A DNA stretch of 64,000 bases from Eubacteriales Family XIII. Incertae Sedis bacterium (lineage in GTDB: Bacteria > Bacillota > Clostridia > Peptostreptococcales > Anaerovoracaceae). This document shows positions 47,436 through 58,152 of this stretch, piece after piece (positions within the stretch are counted from its first letter, which is position 1; each line of letters begins with the position of its first letter). The notes below the pieces were generated by a model. That model searched no databases and was not told where the DNA came from. It worked only from the letters and a program-made list of their open reading frames with translations. A program made the position numbers and the translations under genes. Where the stretch lies: positions 5,986 to 69,985 of the forward strand of contig JAISBV010000105.1 in the NCBI GenBank assembly GCA_031266025.1. The letters are read 5' to 3'.

Positions 47436-48608
47436 ATGAATATTTATTTGGACAACAGCGCTACCACAAAGCCGCATGACGAAGTGATCGAATACATGGT
47501 CTCGGTCATGCGTGAAAGCTACGGCAATCCGTCCTCGCTTCACGGCGCGGGGCTTGCGGCCGAGCGGATCGTGCGCGAGGCGCGCGGAAGGGTGGCGGCC
47601 GTATTCGGCGCAAAGACCGCTTGCGTGATCTTTACGTCGGGAGGCACCGAATCCAACAATACCGCTATTATACGCGGCGCGTTATCACGCCGCAGACAGG
47701 GCCGGCGCGTTATCACGACGCGGGCCGAACATCCCTCAGTGCTCGAAAGCTGCGCGGCGCTTGCTGCGGAAGGCTTCGATATAGTCTATGCCGACGTGGA
47801 CTCGGACGGGCGCGTTATACCCGCGTCCGTGGAGGCCTTGGCGAACGATAATACCGTCCTTATATCCTGCATTCATGTGAACAACGAAACCGGCGTCATT
47901 CAGCCTACAGACGCCGTTTTCGATATTGCCGAGGCCTGCGGGAGACGCGCCGGCAGACGCATAGGCGTACATGTTGACGCCGTACAGTCCTTCGGCAAAT
48001 TGTCCGTAGCGTCATTGGCGCGCCGCGCGGATTTCATTTCTGTGAGCGCTCACAAACTGCACGGGCCCAAAGGCGCCGGCGCCCTGTTTGTCGCGCGCGA
48101 CGCCCGCATAGAACCGCTGATAGTCGGCGGCGGACAGGAGCGAGGGCTGCGCTCGGGCACGGAGAATGTACCCGCCATAGCGGGTTTCGGTTTGGCCGCG
48201 CTTATGGCCGGCCGCGACCCGAACGCGCGCGCGGAGCGGATCGCCGCGTGCAAGCGGCGTTTGCTCGAGGGGATAAGCGCGGGCGTAGATGATATAAAGT
48301 TGAACGGATCTTGCGGAACGGACGCCGTTCCGCATATTTTGAATATAAGTTTTCTCGGCGTGAAGGGCGAGGTTCTCTTGCATGATCTCGAGCGGCACGG
48401 CGTATTTGTTTCTACGGGCGCCGCCTGTTCATCCAAGAAGAAAGGCGGAAGCCGGGTGCTTGCGGCTATGGGACTCTCCGCGGCGGAAAGCGAAGGCGCG
48501 ATACGTTTCAGCTTGGGGGATTTCAATACGGAAGAGGAAATGGATCGCGCGGCGGAGGCCGTATGTTCCTGTGTCCGGCGCTTTCGCAATCTCGGCCGGT
48601 ACAGATAA
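47436..48608 (+). CDS. Cysteine desulfurase (NifS/IscS type)
   Basis: YLDNSATT, SGGTESNN and the PLP-lysine block SAHKLHGPKG. TTG 47430 is an alternative start. Confidence 0.88.
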   Translation: MNIYLDNSATTKPHDEVIEYMVSVMRESYGNPSSLHGAGLAAERIVREARGRVAAVFGAKTACVIFTSGGTESNNTAIIRGALSRRRQGRRVITTRAEHPSVLESCAALAAEGFDIVYADVDSDGRVIPASVEALANDNTVLISCIHVNNETGVIQPTDAVFDIAEACGRRAGRRIGVHVDAVQSFGKLSVASLARRADFISVSAHKLHGPKGAGALFVARDARIEPLIVGGGQERGLRSGTENVPAIAGFGLAALMAGRDPNARAERIAACKRRLLEGISAGVDDIKLNGSCGTDAVPHILNISFLGVKGEVLLHDLERHGVFVSTGAACSSKKKGGSRVLAAMGLSAAESEGAIRFSLGDFNTEEEMDRAAEAVCSCVRRFRNLGRYR

Positions 48609-48653
48609 TCCGGCCTAAGCGTCAATATATAATCAAAACTGCATATAATCAAA

Positions 48654-48690
48654 ACTACTCAACCGACCGTTCTTCGGTCGGTTGAGTAGT
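48654..48690. repeat. Minimal family A hairpin with a 16-bp perfect stem
   Basis: ACTACTCAACCGACCG-ttctt-CGGTCGGTTGAGTAGT, located between nifS and thiI. Preceded by a direct repeat of ATAATCAAAACT. Confidence 0.8.
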
Positions 48691-48707
48691 AACATTTAGG
48701 GTGATAT

Positions 48708-49901
48708 ATGGATAACCGTAATATATTTATAGTAAGATGCGGCGAAGTGGCGCTCAAGGGCTTGAATAAGCCGTACTTTGAACGTATGTTGGCGGAGCGC
48801 GTGAAGAAGCTGCTGCGCGGATACGGGAACACGGACGTCAGGCGGGAAGACGGTCTCATATTCGTGCGCGCTGAGCGCGGCTATACCCGCGAGGAAATCA
48901 TAGCGGTCATCACAAAGGTATTCGGCGTCGCGTCCGTAAGCCCCGCAGAGGAAACGGCGTCCGAGCTCGACGCCATAGGCGCCGCCGCCGTCGATTTTCT
49001 GCGCGCAAGAGCGGAGCGTGACGGAATCAAGACTTTCAAAGTGGAAGCCAAGCGAGCAGACAAGCGCTTCCCGGTCAAATCTCCTGAGATTGCAAGTCGT
49101 GTCGGCGCGTATGTGCTCAAAGTCTGCGACAATCTCCATGTGGACGTACACAAGCCCGATTGCAGGCTCTTCGTGGATGTGCGCAAGGATTGCACGTATT
49201 TATACGACAGGAAGATACCGGGATTCGGCGGTCTGCCGCTCGGTACGAACGGTAAAGGTCTGTCGCTGCTCTCGGGCGGTATAGACAGCCCCGTCGCCAC
49301 ATTTATGATGGCTCGGCGCGGTATGCGCGTTGACGCCGTACACTTTCATTCATTCCCGTATACGAGCGAGAGAGCCCGCGAAAAAGCAGAGACGCTCGCG
49401 GGTATGCTTGCCGTCTACTGCGGTCGCTTCGATATGCACGTTATCAACATGCTGCCTATACAGGAGGTAATAGCGGAGCGCTGTCCCGAAGAAGAAATGA
49501 CGATATTGCTCAGGCGTTTCATGATGCGCATATCCGAAAGGGTAGCGGTCGAAACGGCTTGCGGCGCTTTGATCACAGGTGAAAATCTCGGTCAGGTGGC
49601 CAGTCAGACGGCTGAGGCGCTGTCCGTAACGGACGCCGCGACCGGACTGCCGGTCATGCGTCCGCTCATCGCGTTCGACAAGATCGAAATAATAGAAAAG
49701 GCGAAGGAGATAGGAACATACGAGACGTCTATACTGCCGTATGAGGATTGCTGCACGGTGTTTCTCCCCAAGCATCCCGTCACGAAGCCCAAACTCAAGA
49801 ATATACTGCGATCCGAAGAAAAGCTCGATACGGAAGCGCTGACGGTCGCGGCGGCGGATTCGCGGGAAACGGTCGTTATCTATCCGAGCGTCGACATGTA
49901 A
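48708..49901 (+). CDS. thiI: tRNA 4-thiouridine synthase
   Basis: THUMP-type N-terminus, PP-loop LLSGGIDSPVA, 397 aa. Confidence 0.9.
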   Translation: MDNRNIFIVRCGEVALKGLNKPYFERMLAERVKKLLRGYGNTDVRREDGLIFVRAERGYTREEIIAVITKVFGVASVSPAEETASELDAIGAAAVDFLRARAERDGIKTFKVEAKRADKRFPVKSPEIASRVGAYVLKVCDNLHVDVHKPDCRLFVDVRKDCTYLYDRKIPGFGGLPLGTNGKGLSLLSGGIDSPVATFMMARRGMRVDAVHFHSFPYTSERAREKAETLAGMLAVYCGRFDMHVINMLPIQEVIAERCPEEEMTILLRRFMMRISERVAVETACGALITGENLGQVASQTAEALSVTDAATGLPVMRPLIAFDKIEIIEKAKEIGTYETSILPYEDCCTVFLPKHPVTKPKLKNILRSEEKLDTEALTVAAADSRETVVIYPSVDM

Positions 49902-49965
49902 CAGGGATATTTCATAGGTCTCCCCCCCCCAATAGGTATGCCCTCAAAAGCGCTGTGAACCGCGC

Positions 49966-50592
49966 TCATTCCGTCAAACCGTTCCATCTCGCGCTGTCGC
50001 GATCCCACGCGGGAAACTCAAGCACGGACGGCGCGGGCATATCCAATCCGAGCACGGCGATAATATCGGCGTTTCCGTCATAGATGGGCATAAAAGCCGA
50101 CAGGAACGGGGCGCCCTCGTCGTTCTCCCACGCGAATATTTCGGCGGTTCCCCGTCCTTCGAACGCCTCGCGTATCGCATGCGTGGCTTCGCGTCTCGAG
50201 TTGAAACTGTACAACGGCGGGTCGTATCTTGAAACGCTCATGCTGACGATATACTCATCGTTTTCCGCGTCGTAGTCGTAGAGTATATACGCGTTGCGGG
50301 CGCCTGAACCTATGCGCATATCGTTGAGTGTATCAAGACGCTCATAGTACCGGGTATAGTCGGTTTCGAGCCCCGAGGCTATCATATCCCTGTGCCAGTT
50401 CGCGAATTTGCCGTTCAGGCTGCTGCCGCCCGATTTTACATTTTTGAGCGCCCGTTCCATCGTCAGGGTGACCCTGACGGGTATGACGAGTTCGCCCGCG
50501 TCGTCGTACTCAGGCTCGGTCGGGGCGCAGCCGTACAGCGCCGCCGTAAAGCACAATATAAATAGGATTACGATTGCTCTTTTGCGTACCAT
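49966..50592 (-). CDS. Lipoprotein with a Cache/PDC-like fold (tentative)
   Basis: Lipobox AALYGC. Pattern AYILYDYD...SAFMPIYDGNADIIAVLGLD is typical of Cache sensor domains. Confidence 0.5.
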   Translation of the reverse strand: MVRKRAIVILFILCFTAALYGCAPTEPEYDDAGELVIPVRVTLTMERALKNVKSGGSSLNGKFANWHRDMIASGLETDYTRYYERLDTLNDMRIGSGARNAYILYDYDAENDEYIVSMSVSRYDPPLYSFNSRREATHAIREAFEGRGTAEIFAWENDEGAPFLSAFMPIYDGNADIIAVLGLDMPAPSVLEFPAWDRDSARWNGLTE

Positions 50593-50803
50593 GGTATGCT
50601 CTTTCTCCTGTAAGGGTTAACAAAAAACGTGTTGTTTCCTAAGAGTTTATCATATTATTGGTTTTTGGGCAAGGTTCGATTCGTTCGATTCGCGAATATT
50701 ATACTTTCGCGAGACATATTGCTATGATATAATGACCGTAAAGCGGTCATTATTGATTAAAACGCTCTCCGGCTGCGCATATTGTAAACATGAGAGGAGC
50801 AAC

Positions 50804-52465
50804 ATGAAGATAAAGTTTTGCGGAGCGGCGACCTCCGTTACCGGTTCTTGCCACCTTGTTTCCGGGGACGGATTTAATGTGTTGTTGGACTGCGGACAAT
50901 TTCAAGGATCAAAGGCGAGCGAGGCGCTCAATTTCGAGGAATTTCCGTTTAATCCCGCCGATATAGACTTCCTGTTGCTCAGCCACGCGCATATCGACCA
51001 CTGCGGGCGTATACCCCTGCTCGTCAAGAGGGGTTTTTCCGGCAAAATATATTGCACGGACGCCACGGCGGACTTGGCGCGCGTGATGCTTATGGACAGC
51101 GGCTACATTCACGAGAAAGAAACCGAATGGAAGAACCGTAAGGCCGAGCGCGCGGGAAAACAGCTCAGTTCGCCGCTGTATACGGTAAAAGACGTTGAAA
51201 ACGCGCTTAAGTATCTTGCGCCCGTTATGTACGATCAATTGACAGAGCCGAACGACAAGGTGAGATTCGTGTTTAATGAGGCCGGTCATATTCTCGGTTC
51301 GGCGATCACGGAGCTTTGGGCGGAAGAGGACGGACGCACGACAAAGTTGGTCTATTCGGGCGACCTCGGCGTTGCGAACCGTCCGATTCTGCGCAATCCC
51401 AAGATCATCAAAAAAGCCGATTACGTCGTCATGGAGAGCACGTACGGGAACAGGCGCCACGGGTCTTTGGACATGGGCGTAGACCGTCTCATGGATATAG
51501 TGCTGAGCACGGCGCGAAAGGGCGGAACAGTCGTGATTCCGTCATTTGCCGTGGGGAGAACACAGGAGCTGATATTCGAGTTCAACCGTTATTATGAGAA
51601 GAACGAAGGGGCGCGGCGCGAGCTTGACGACATCATGTTCTATGTGGACAGCCCCATGGCTACGACCGCGACGGAGGTCTTTCGCAGGAACGCGCAGGTA
51701 TTCGACGACGAGACAAAGAATTATATATTGAAAGGCGACAATCCTCTTGACTTCAAGAATCTGCGTTTCACGCGCACAAGCGATGAATCGCGAGCCTTGA
51801 ACGACCGCGAGGAGCCTAAGGTCATACTGTCCGCAAGCGGCATGTGCGAAGCCGGCCGTATACGGCATCACCTCAAGCATCACCTGTGGAATCCCAAATC
51901 GAGCATAGTGTTCGTCGGTTATCAGGCCGAGGGCACGCTCGGACGCGCGCTGCTTGACGGTTTGAAAAATGTGACGCTGTTCGGGGAAGAAATATGCGTG
52001 AACGCGGATATATACAACCTTGAGGGCTTTTCGGGTCACGCTGATCGCGACGGTCTTATGGATTGGATTTCCGGCTTTCACACCGAACCCGAGATGATAT
52101 TCCTCGTTCACGGCGAACTTGACCAAAAACGCGCTCTCGCCGCAGGTATAAAACAGGAGCTCGGCCATGAAACAACGGCGGTGGAATGCGTTTCCGAATT
52201 TGATCTGAACCGAGGCGCCGCCATAACAGGTCATGATATACGGCGAAGCTTCGCGGAACAAGAGCAGCTTTCATCCGTCAGGGAAAAATTGGCGTCGATA
52301 CACGGCGCCATCGAGAGCATATTGTACAATACAAGCTTGGTATTCGGCGCGAATCTGCCGCCCGAGCGTGTTATTGAGATAGGCGACGCCGTGCGTGTAT
52401 TGGAGAAGGATACACTGCGCTTGGGTTCGGCGGTGAGTCTCGAAAATACCGGAACAGCCGAATAA
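50804..52465 (+). CDS. MBL-fold beta-CASP RNA-metabolising hydrolase
   Basis: Internal ATG behind GAGAGGAG. HAHIDHCG motif, ESTYG, beta-CASP region, and SGHAD near the C-terminus. Confidence 0.85.
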   Translation: MKIKFCGAATSVTGSCHLVSGDGFNVLLDCGQFQGSKASEALNFEEFPFNPADIDFLLLSHAHIDHCGRIPLLVKRGFSGKIYCTDATADLARVMLMDSGYIHEKETEWKNRKAERAGKQLSSPLYTVKDVENALKYLAPVMYDQLTEPNDKVRFVFNEAGHILGSAITELWAEEDGRTTKLVYSGDLGVANRPILRNPKIIKKADYVVMESTYGNRRHGSLDMGVDRLMDIVLSTARKGGTVVIPSFAVGRTQELIFEFNRYYEKNEGARRELDDIMFYVDSPMATTATEVFRRNAQVFDDETKNYILKGDNPLDFKNLRFTRTSDESRALNDREEPKVILSASGMCEAGRIRHHLKHHLWNPKSSIVFVGYQAEGTLGRALLDGLKNVTLFGEEICVNADIYNLEGFSGHADRDGLMDWISGFHTEPEMIFLVHGELDQKRALAAGIKQELGHETTAVECVSEFDLNRGAAITGHDIRRSFAEQEQLSSVREKLASIHGAIESILYNTSLVFGANLPPERVIEIGDAVRVLEKDTLRLGSAVSLENTGTAE

Positions 52466-52631
52466 TTCAGAAATTTTCAACTTGCCGGAATTGTGTTATT
52501 TCAGAAAAACAAGCAAAATACGTAGAAAGACGCGGGTATCTCCGGTATAATATTACTGCTCAAAGGTTTAATCAAGACCGGTCACGGTATATTAAACCGC
52601 AGAGGCCGCAGCGTTAGTAAGAGGCATACCA

Positions 52632-54425
52632 ATGTCGTTACTTAAGGACATTTCAACCGGCGTGCAACAGGTGGCCGAGGCTATATCCATAGCTATAGGC
52701 GTAGAGGTAGAAATTGTCGACGATGAGCTTACGCTGATCGGAGGAACCGGCGCGTATCGCGACAAGGTGGGCGCAAAGGAAGAATCGGGCAAACTTGACG
52801 GGGAATATTTGTACGCGCGAATGCTGCGAAGCGATGTGACCGCGTATATAGAGGACACGGGCAAGTATCCGAATTACGGCGCGTCGCTGCTCACGGGCGC
52901 GGCGCGTGAGCTTGCCGAAATATGTACGCCCATCAAACTTCACGGCGCCGTCATAGGCGTTATAGGGCTTGTGGCTGTCCGGGAAGAGCAGAGGGACATA
53001 CTGCGCGACCGGCACGGAAGCATGGCTACCTTTGTCGAAAAGATGGCCGACCTGCTTGCGGCGAAAGCCGATCAGCGGGCGCTGCTGAACGCCGCCGAGA
53101 GCGCCATGAACGAGTTGACGACGGTTATAGAAACTACGCACGAGGGTATATTCGACGTTGATCGCAACGGTTATATCAAGCACTGCAATAACACGGCCGA
53201 GAATCTGTTTTCCGTATTAAGGGGCGATATCATCGGCAGTCATATCAGCAAATACATGCTCGGAGCGCCGGCGCTTGACGTTATCAAGACAGGAAAAGGT
53301 TATACTGAACGAGAAGAGGTTTATAAGACGTGGATGGGTACGCGTCATTTCATAGTGACCGCCAAACCCTATTTCAGCGGTGAGGAAGCCAAGGGCGTCG
53401 TGATATCGTTCAGGGATATAGAAGAGGCTAAAAAGCTCGTCTACAGTATTAACACGGGCGCGCTCAAATACACGTTTGACGATATCATAGGCGACAGCGA
53501 AGCCATGCGGCGCATAAAGAATCAGGCGCTGATAACGGCTCGCGGCAGCTCCACGGTTCTTATAACGGGCGAGAGCGGCACGGGCAAAGAGATGTTCGCG
53601 AAAGCCATACATTATTCCGGTCTGCGCAACAGCGGCCCGTTTGTAACCGTCAACTGCGGCGCGATACCCGAAAACCTGCTTGAGAGCGAGTTGTTCGGCT
53701 ACGAAAAAGGCGCGTTCACGGGCGCGAGCGAGAACGGCAAGGCCGGAAAATTCGAATTGGCGGACGGCGGCACCATATTCCTTGACGAGATAGGGGATAT
53801 GCCGTTGCATCTTCAAGTGAAGATATTGCATGTGCTGCAGAATATGCGTTTTGAGCGCGTGGGCGGCAGTAAGACCGTTATCGTGGATGTACGCGTCATC
53901 GCGGCTACAAACAAGGATCTCGAAGCGATGATTCGCCGCGGTGAGTTCAGGGAAGACCTGTATTACCGTCTCAGCGTTATACCTCTTACGGCGCCGCCGC
54001 TAAGGGGCAGACGTGAGGATATTCGTCTTTTGACGGACTATTTTCTGGACAAATACAACGCTTTTATGAGCAAGAAAATCGTGGGATTCACGGATCGGGC
54101 CGAGAGCGTGTACGAAAACTACGATTGGCCGGGCAACGTCAGAGAGCTTGAAAACGCTGTGGAATACGGGGTCAACATGGCGCACGGCGACAGGATAGAC
54201 ACGGACGCCGTACCCGCGCGGCTTATGCGCGACGGCGGAGCGGCTTCGGCGGCCAAAGAGGAAGTTTCGCTTTCGGAGCGGCTCCGTTTGTACGAAAAGG
54301 AGCTGATAAAGGCAAAGCTTAAGCAATACGGCGGAGACGGCCGCGCCAAGAACGCCATAGCGAAAGAACTTGGGATATCGAGGGCGACGCTGTATCGCAG
54401 ACTGACGGAGCTTGACCTCATGTAG
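52632..54425 (+). CDS. Sigma54-dependent transcriptional activator (sensor, PAS, AAA+, Fis-type HTH)
   Basis: [23 protein letters not shown] (GAFTGA loop), and C-terminal [16 protein letters not shown]. Confidence 0.9.
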   Translation: MSLLKDISTGVQQVAEAISIAIGVEVEIVDDELTLIGGTGAYRDKVGAKEESGKLDGEYLYARMLRSDVTAYIEDTGKYPNYGASLLTGAARELAEICTPIKLHGAVIGVIGLVAVREEQRDILRDRHGSMATFVEKMADLLAAKADQRALLNAAESAMNELTTVIETTHEGIFDVDRNGYIKHCNNTAENLFSVLRGDIIGSHISKYMLGAPALDVIKTGKGYTEREEVYKTWMGTRHFIVTAKPYFSGEEAKGVVISFRDIEEAKKLVYSINTGALKYTFDDIIGDSEAMRRIKNQALITARGSSTVLITGESGTGKEMFAKAIHYSGLRNSGPFVTVNCGAIPENLLESELFGYEKGAFTGASENGKAGKFELADGGTIFLDEIGDMPLHLQVKILHVLQNMRFERVGGSKTVIVDVRVIAATNKDLEAMIRRGEFREDLYYRLSVIPLTAPPLRGRREDIRLLTDYFLDKYNAFMSKKIVGFTDRAESVYENYDWPGNVRELENAVEYGVNMAHGDRIDTDAVPARLMRDGGAASAAKEEVSLSERLRLYEKELIKAKLKQYGGDGRAKNAIAKELGISRATLYRRLTELDLM

Positions 54426-54487
54426 TTTTAGGCCTTTGGGTTTGCAGTATTCGGAAAAATCACGTATAACAGAAGGAGGTATTAACA

Positions 54488-55852
54488 ATGTCATTGAGAG
54501 AATCTTTACCGAAAGTAACAACAGCTTTGCCGGGCCCCAAGGCAAAGGCGGCGCTTGAGAAGAGATCCCGCGTTATCCCGGTAGGCATCAAGTCCATCTA
54601 TCCGCTTGTCATAAAGCGCGGCGAGGGCGCCATGTTCGAGGATATAGACGGGAATATCTTTCTTGATTGGGTCGGGGGAGTGGGTGTAATGAATATCGGC
54701 TACAGTCATCCCGAGCTTATTGCGGCCGTGAAGGAACAATCCGAAAAATATTTTCATTCCATGATGAACATCACGACTCACGAAGGTTATCTGAATTTGG
54801 CGGAAGCCCTGAACGCCGTCGCGCCCGTTAAGGGGGACGTCAGGAATACTATGTTCGTAAACAGCGGCGCCGAAGCCGACGAGAACGCGGTCAAGATATC
54901 AAGGGGATTCACGGGCAGACCGAATATCATAGTGTTTACGGGCGCTTTCCACGGACGCACAATGCTCACGATGACGATGACGGCCAAGAAAGCCTACGCG
55001 GTCGGCATGGGGCCTTTCCCGGACGGCGTCTACAGGGTGGAGTTTCCGAACGTGTACAGGAGACCCGCCGGCATGAGCGAGGCGGATGCCGTCGCTTACT
55101 ATGTCAGCAAGTTGGAGGAAGTGTTTATCGAGGTTTCGCCGGCCCAGTACGTGGCGGCTATCGTGTTCGAACCCGTGCAGGGCGAGGGCGGCTTTGTCCC
55201 GGCGCCTATTGAGTGGGTCAAAGCGGTCAGAGCCATATGCGACAAGCACGGCATAATGATGGTTACGGACGAAGTTCAGACGGGCTTCGCGCGCTCGGGC
55301 CGTATGTTTGCTTCCGAATATTATAAAGAGGCCGGCTGCGCTCCCGACATCATAACCATGGCAAAATCCATCGCGGGCGGACTGCCGCTCAGCGCCGTCG
55401 TCGCCCGCAAGGAGATATTCGACGGTACGCCGGGAGGCACCATAGGCGGCACATATTGCGGTAACGCCGTCGCCGTCGCGTCCGCGCTGAAGGTTCTCGA
55501 AGTAATGAAGAAAGAGGATTATCCCGGCAAGGCTCTGAAAATCGCCGACAAGTGCGTGAAGCGTTTCAACGAGTGGAAGAACACATACGAATGTGTCGGA
55601 GACGTCAGAGGCGTCGGCGCCATGCTCGGCATCGAATTTGTCAAAACCAAGGCGGGTAAAGAGCCGTTCGCCGAGATAGTGAACGCCATTGTGGCGGGCG
55701 CCTGGACGCGCGGGCTCGTGCTCGAAAGCGCGGGAACCTACGGCAACGCGATCCGCTTCCTGTGTCCGCTCTGCGTTACGGACGCTCAGCTTGACGCGGG
55801 TCTCGACATATTCGAACAGTCACTTAAGGACGCTGTAAAGAACGTCAAATAG
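54488..55852 (+). CDS. Class III PLP aminotransferase (4-aminobutyrate/omega-amino acid type)
   Basis: GVGVMNIGYSHPE, DEVQTGFARSG and MAKSIAGGLPLSAV (PLP lysine). Confidence 0.85.
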   Translation: MSLRESLPKVTTALPGPKAKAALEKRSRVIPVGIKSIYPLVIKRGEGAMFEDIDGNIFLDWVGGVGVMNIGYSHPELIAAVKEQSEKYFHSMMNITTHEGYLNLAEALNAVAPVKGDVRNTMFVNSGAEADENAVKISRGFTGRPNIIVFTGAFHGRTMLTMTMTAKKAYAVGMGPFPDGVYRVEFPNVYRRPAGMSEADAVAYYVSKLEEVFIEVSPAQYVAAIVFEPVQGEGGFVPAPIEWVKAVRAICDKHGIMMVTDEVQTGFARSGRMFASEYYKEAGCAPDIITMAKSIAGGLPLSAVVARKEIFDGTPGGTIGGTYCGNAVAVASALKVLEVMKKEDYPGKALKIADKCVKRFNEWKNTYECVGDVRGVGAMLGIEFVKTKAGKEPFAEIVNAIVAGAWTRGLVLESAGTYGNAIRFLCPLCVTDAQLDAGLDIFEQSLKDAVKNVK

Positions 55853-55930
55853 TTTTCGCGCCCGCCGTTCCGGAAGCCGGATCGGCGCTTCTCGGCTCGG
55901 CGTTCGCAAAGCAGATGATATTTATAGCCG

Positions 55931-55969
55931 CGCCGCCCGGATTGCAGAAATCTGCCAATCCGGGCGGCG
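55931..55969 (+). terminator. Candidate intrinsic terminator
   Basis: 14-bp stem CGCCGCCCGGATTG / CAATCCGGGCGGCG. The T-tract is weak. Confidence 0.45.
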
Positions 55970-56057
55970 TTGTGCGGCTTTCCTTCTCCGGCACATCTTT
56001 AATAAATTACAATATTGCACATCTTTTCATTAAATTTCATTTTATCTTCTTAAAATC

Positions 56058-56086
56058 TTGCATATGGGCCCGGTATATGTTATAAT
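56058..56086 (+). promoter_or_regulatory. SigA-type promoter for the CYTH-glyA unit
   Basis: TTGCAT, a 17-nt spacer, then TATAAT (56081-56086). Confidence 0.6.
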
Positions 56087-56119
56087 GCCTTCGTTGTGAT
56101 ATGTAGGAGGTAATACGCG

Positions 56120-56746
56120 TTGGAAATCGAATTGAAATATAAGATACGCGATAAAGAATTGCTGACGGTCATTTTGGACGACGACATTGTAACGGGCGTT
56201 GAGGAAAAGGGTACCCGCGAACAGGTATTTATGAAAGCCGCGTACTTCGATACGGAAGACTATGTGCTGTCCGAGAACGATATAGCGTTCCGCGTCCGCA
56301 TGGAAGGCAGCCGTATCATAGCGTCGCTCAAGTGGAACGACGCGGGCGGCGACGGTCTGCATACGCGTGAAGAGATCAATGTTCCCGTCGACGACCCCGC
56401 CTGTTTTCTCATGCCCGACCCCGGTATATTCAGGGAGAGCGAAGTGGGCAAAGACGTAGAGGAGCTGCTCAACGGCAAACCGCTCGTCAGTATCCTCGAA
56501 ACGAAATTCTTAAGAAGCCGCGTCAGGGTGGACACGGGCGGCGCCATCTGTGAGATTTCACTTGACGACGGCGACATCATCACCGATTTCGGAGAACGAC
56601 ATATCACGGAAATGGAAGTGGAGCTGTTTTCGGGCGACCAAGAAGGTCTTCTGAAGTTTGGCGCCGCGCTGTCCGAAAAATACGCTCTCGAACCTGAGAC
56701 AGAGAGCAAATACGCGCGCGGGCTCAAACTGCTCGGAAGAGCTTAG
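56120..56746 (+). CDS. CYTH-domain triphosphate tunnel metalloenzyme
   Basis: TTG start 10 nt after GGAGG. N-terminal EIELKYKI (ExExK) motif and alternating charged beta-strands. Confidence 0.75.
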   Translation: MEIELKYKIRDKELLTVILDDDIVTGVEEKGTREQVFMKAAYFDTEDYVLSENDIAFRVRMEGSRIIASLKWNDAGGDGLHTREEINVPVDDPACFLMPDPGIFRESEVGKDVEELLNGKPLVSILETKFLRSRVRVDTGGAICEISLDDGDIITDFGERHITEMEVELFSGDQEGLLKFGAALSEKYALEPETESKYARGLKLLGRA

Positions 56747-56780
56747 TCAATAGTTTGTTACATTAAACAGGAGGACGTAT

Positions 56781-58043
56781 ATGTATTTTAACCACCTCGA
56801 CACAGTCGACCCCGATATCGCCGCGATGATCAAGCGGGAAATGGGCAGGCAGGAGCACAAGCTTGAGATGATAGCTTCGGAGAATTTCGCGAGCCCCGCC
56901 GTTATGGAGGCCTGCGGAAGCGCGCTGACAAACAAATACGCCGAAGGTTATCCCGGCAAGCGTTATTACGGCGGCTGTGAGCATGTGGACGAGGTGGAAA
57001 GCTTGGCGATAGAACGCGGCAAGGCGCTGTTCGGCGCGGAATACGTCAATGTGCAGCCGCATTCCGGTTCGAGCGCCAACCTCGTTGTGTACTACGCGCT
57101 GCTGTCTCAGGGCGATACCATACTCGGTATGGATTTGTCCAACGGCGGGCATCTGACCCACGGCAGCAAAGCCAATATGTCCGGCAAATACTTCAACTTC
57201 GTATCTTACGGAATTGATGTTGACAGCGAAATGATAAATTACGAGCAGGTCTTGGCGCTTGCGAAAAAATGCAGACCAAAGATGATAGTCGCCGGAGCGA
57301 GCGCCTATCCGCGGACAATAGAAGCCGACAAGTTCAGGGAGATCGCCGACGAAGTGGGCGCGCTGCTTATGGTGGATATGGCGCATTTCGCGGGTCTTGT
57401 GGCCGGCGGACAGCATCCGAATCCCGTAGAGCACGCGCATGTAGTCACCTCCACAACGCACAAGACGCTGCGCGGGCCGAGGGGCGGCGTGATATTCGCG
57501 AAAGCGGAGTTTGAAAAACAACTGAACAAGGGCGTGTTTCCGGGTATGCAGGGCGGCCCTTTGATGCACATCATAGCGGGTAAGGCGGTTTGCTTCAAGG
57601 AGGCGACCCGGCCCGAATTCAAAGATTATCAAAAGCGCGTGCGCGGTAACGCGTATGTGTTGGCGCGTGAGCTTATGAACAGAGGCTTTCGTCTCGTATC
57701 AAGCGGCACGGATAACCATCTCGTGCTTGTAAATCTTATGAATAAAGGTATTACGGGCAAGGACGCCGAGATTTATTTGGACGCCGCGAATATCACGACA
57801 AACAAAAATACGATATTGAACGATCCGAACGGGCCTAACGTGACGAGCGGCATCAGGCTCGGAACGCCCGCGCTGACGACGCGCGGCTTCGGCGAGGATG
57901 AAACCGTGCGCGTGGCGGAAGCCATATCGCTTGTGCTCGATCACCCGGGCGACGTCGCCTACGCGGACAAAGCGCGCGCCATAGTCAAAGAATTGTGTGA
58001 CGCGTTTCCGTTATATAATGTAAGGCAGTTCGATATCAAATAA
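56781..58043 (+). CDS. glyA: Serine hydroxymethyltransferase
   Basis: [26 protein letters not shown] and [14 protein letters not shown] (PLP lysine). Confidence 0.95.
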   Translation: MYFNHLDTVDPDIAAMIKREMGRQEHKLEMIASENFASPAVMEACGSALTNKYAEGYPGKRYYGGCEHVDEVESLAIERGKALFGAEYVNVQPHSGSSANLVVYYALLSQGDTILGMDLSNGGHLTHGSKANMSGKYFNFVSYGIDVDSEMINYEQVLALAKKCRPKMIVAGASAYPRTIEADKFREIADEVGALLMVDMAHFAGLVAGGQHPNPVEHAHVVTSTTHKTLRGPRGGVIFAKAEFEKQLNKGVFPGMQGGPLMHIIAGKAVCFKEATRPEFKDYQKRVRGNAYVLARELMNRGFRLVSSGTDNHLVLVNLMNKGITGKDAEIYLDAANITTNKNTILNDPNGPNVTSGIRLGTPALTTRGFGEDETVRVAEAISLVLDHPGDVAYADKARAIVKELCDAFPLYNVRQFDIK

Positions 58044-58061
58044 ATGACCCGGCAACAGTAC

Positions 58062-58132
58062 GGTCATTCCGGGCTCGTCCCGGAATCCAAAAATATACTA
58101 TGGATTCCGGGACAGATCTTCCCGGAATGACC
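58062..58132. repeat. Family B hairpin repeat (GTCATTCCGGG...CCCGGAATGAC)
   Basis: GGTCATTCCGGGCTCGTCCCGGAATCC...GGATTCCGGGAC...CCCGGAATGACC. Same motif as the core of 45569-45660. Confidence 0.75.
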
Positions 58133-58152
58133 GGGAAATAGTATATGTAAAT

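Noticed and set aside
54431-54446. Sigma54 -24/-12-like sequence (GGCC-N-TTTGCA) between the sigma54 activator and the aminotransferase gene
   Set aside because: The GG and GC dinucleotides are separated by 11 nt rather than the canonical 10 nt, so it is not a convincing RpoN promoter as written. It is worth rechecking only if an indel is suspected.
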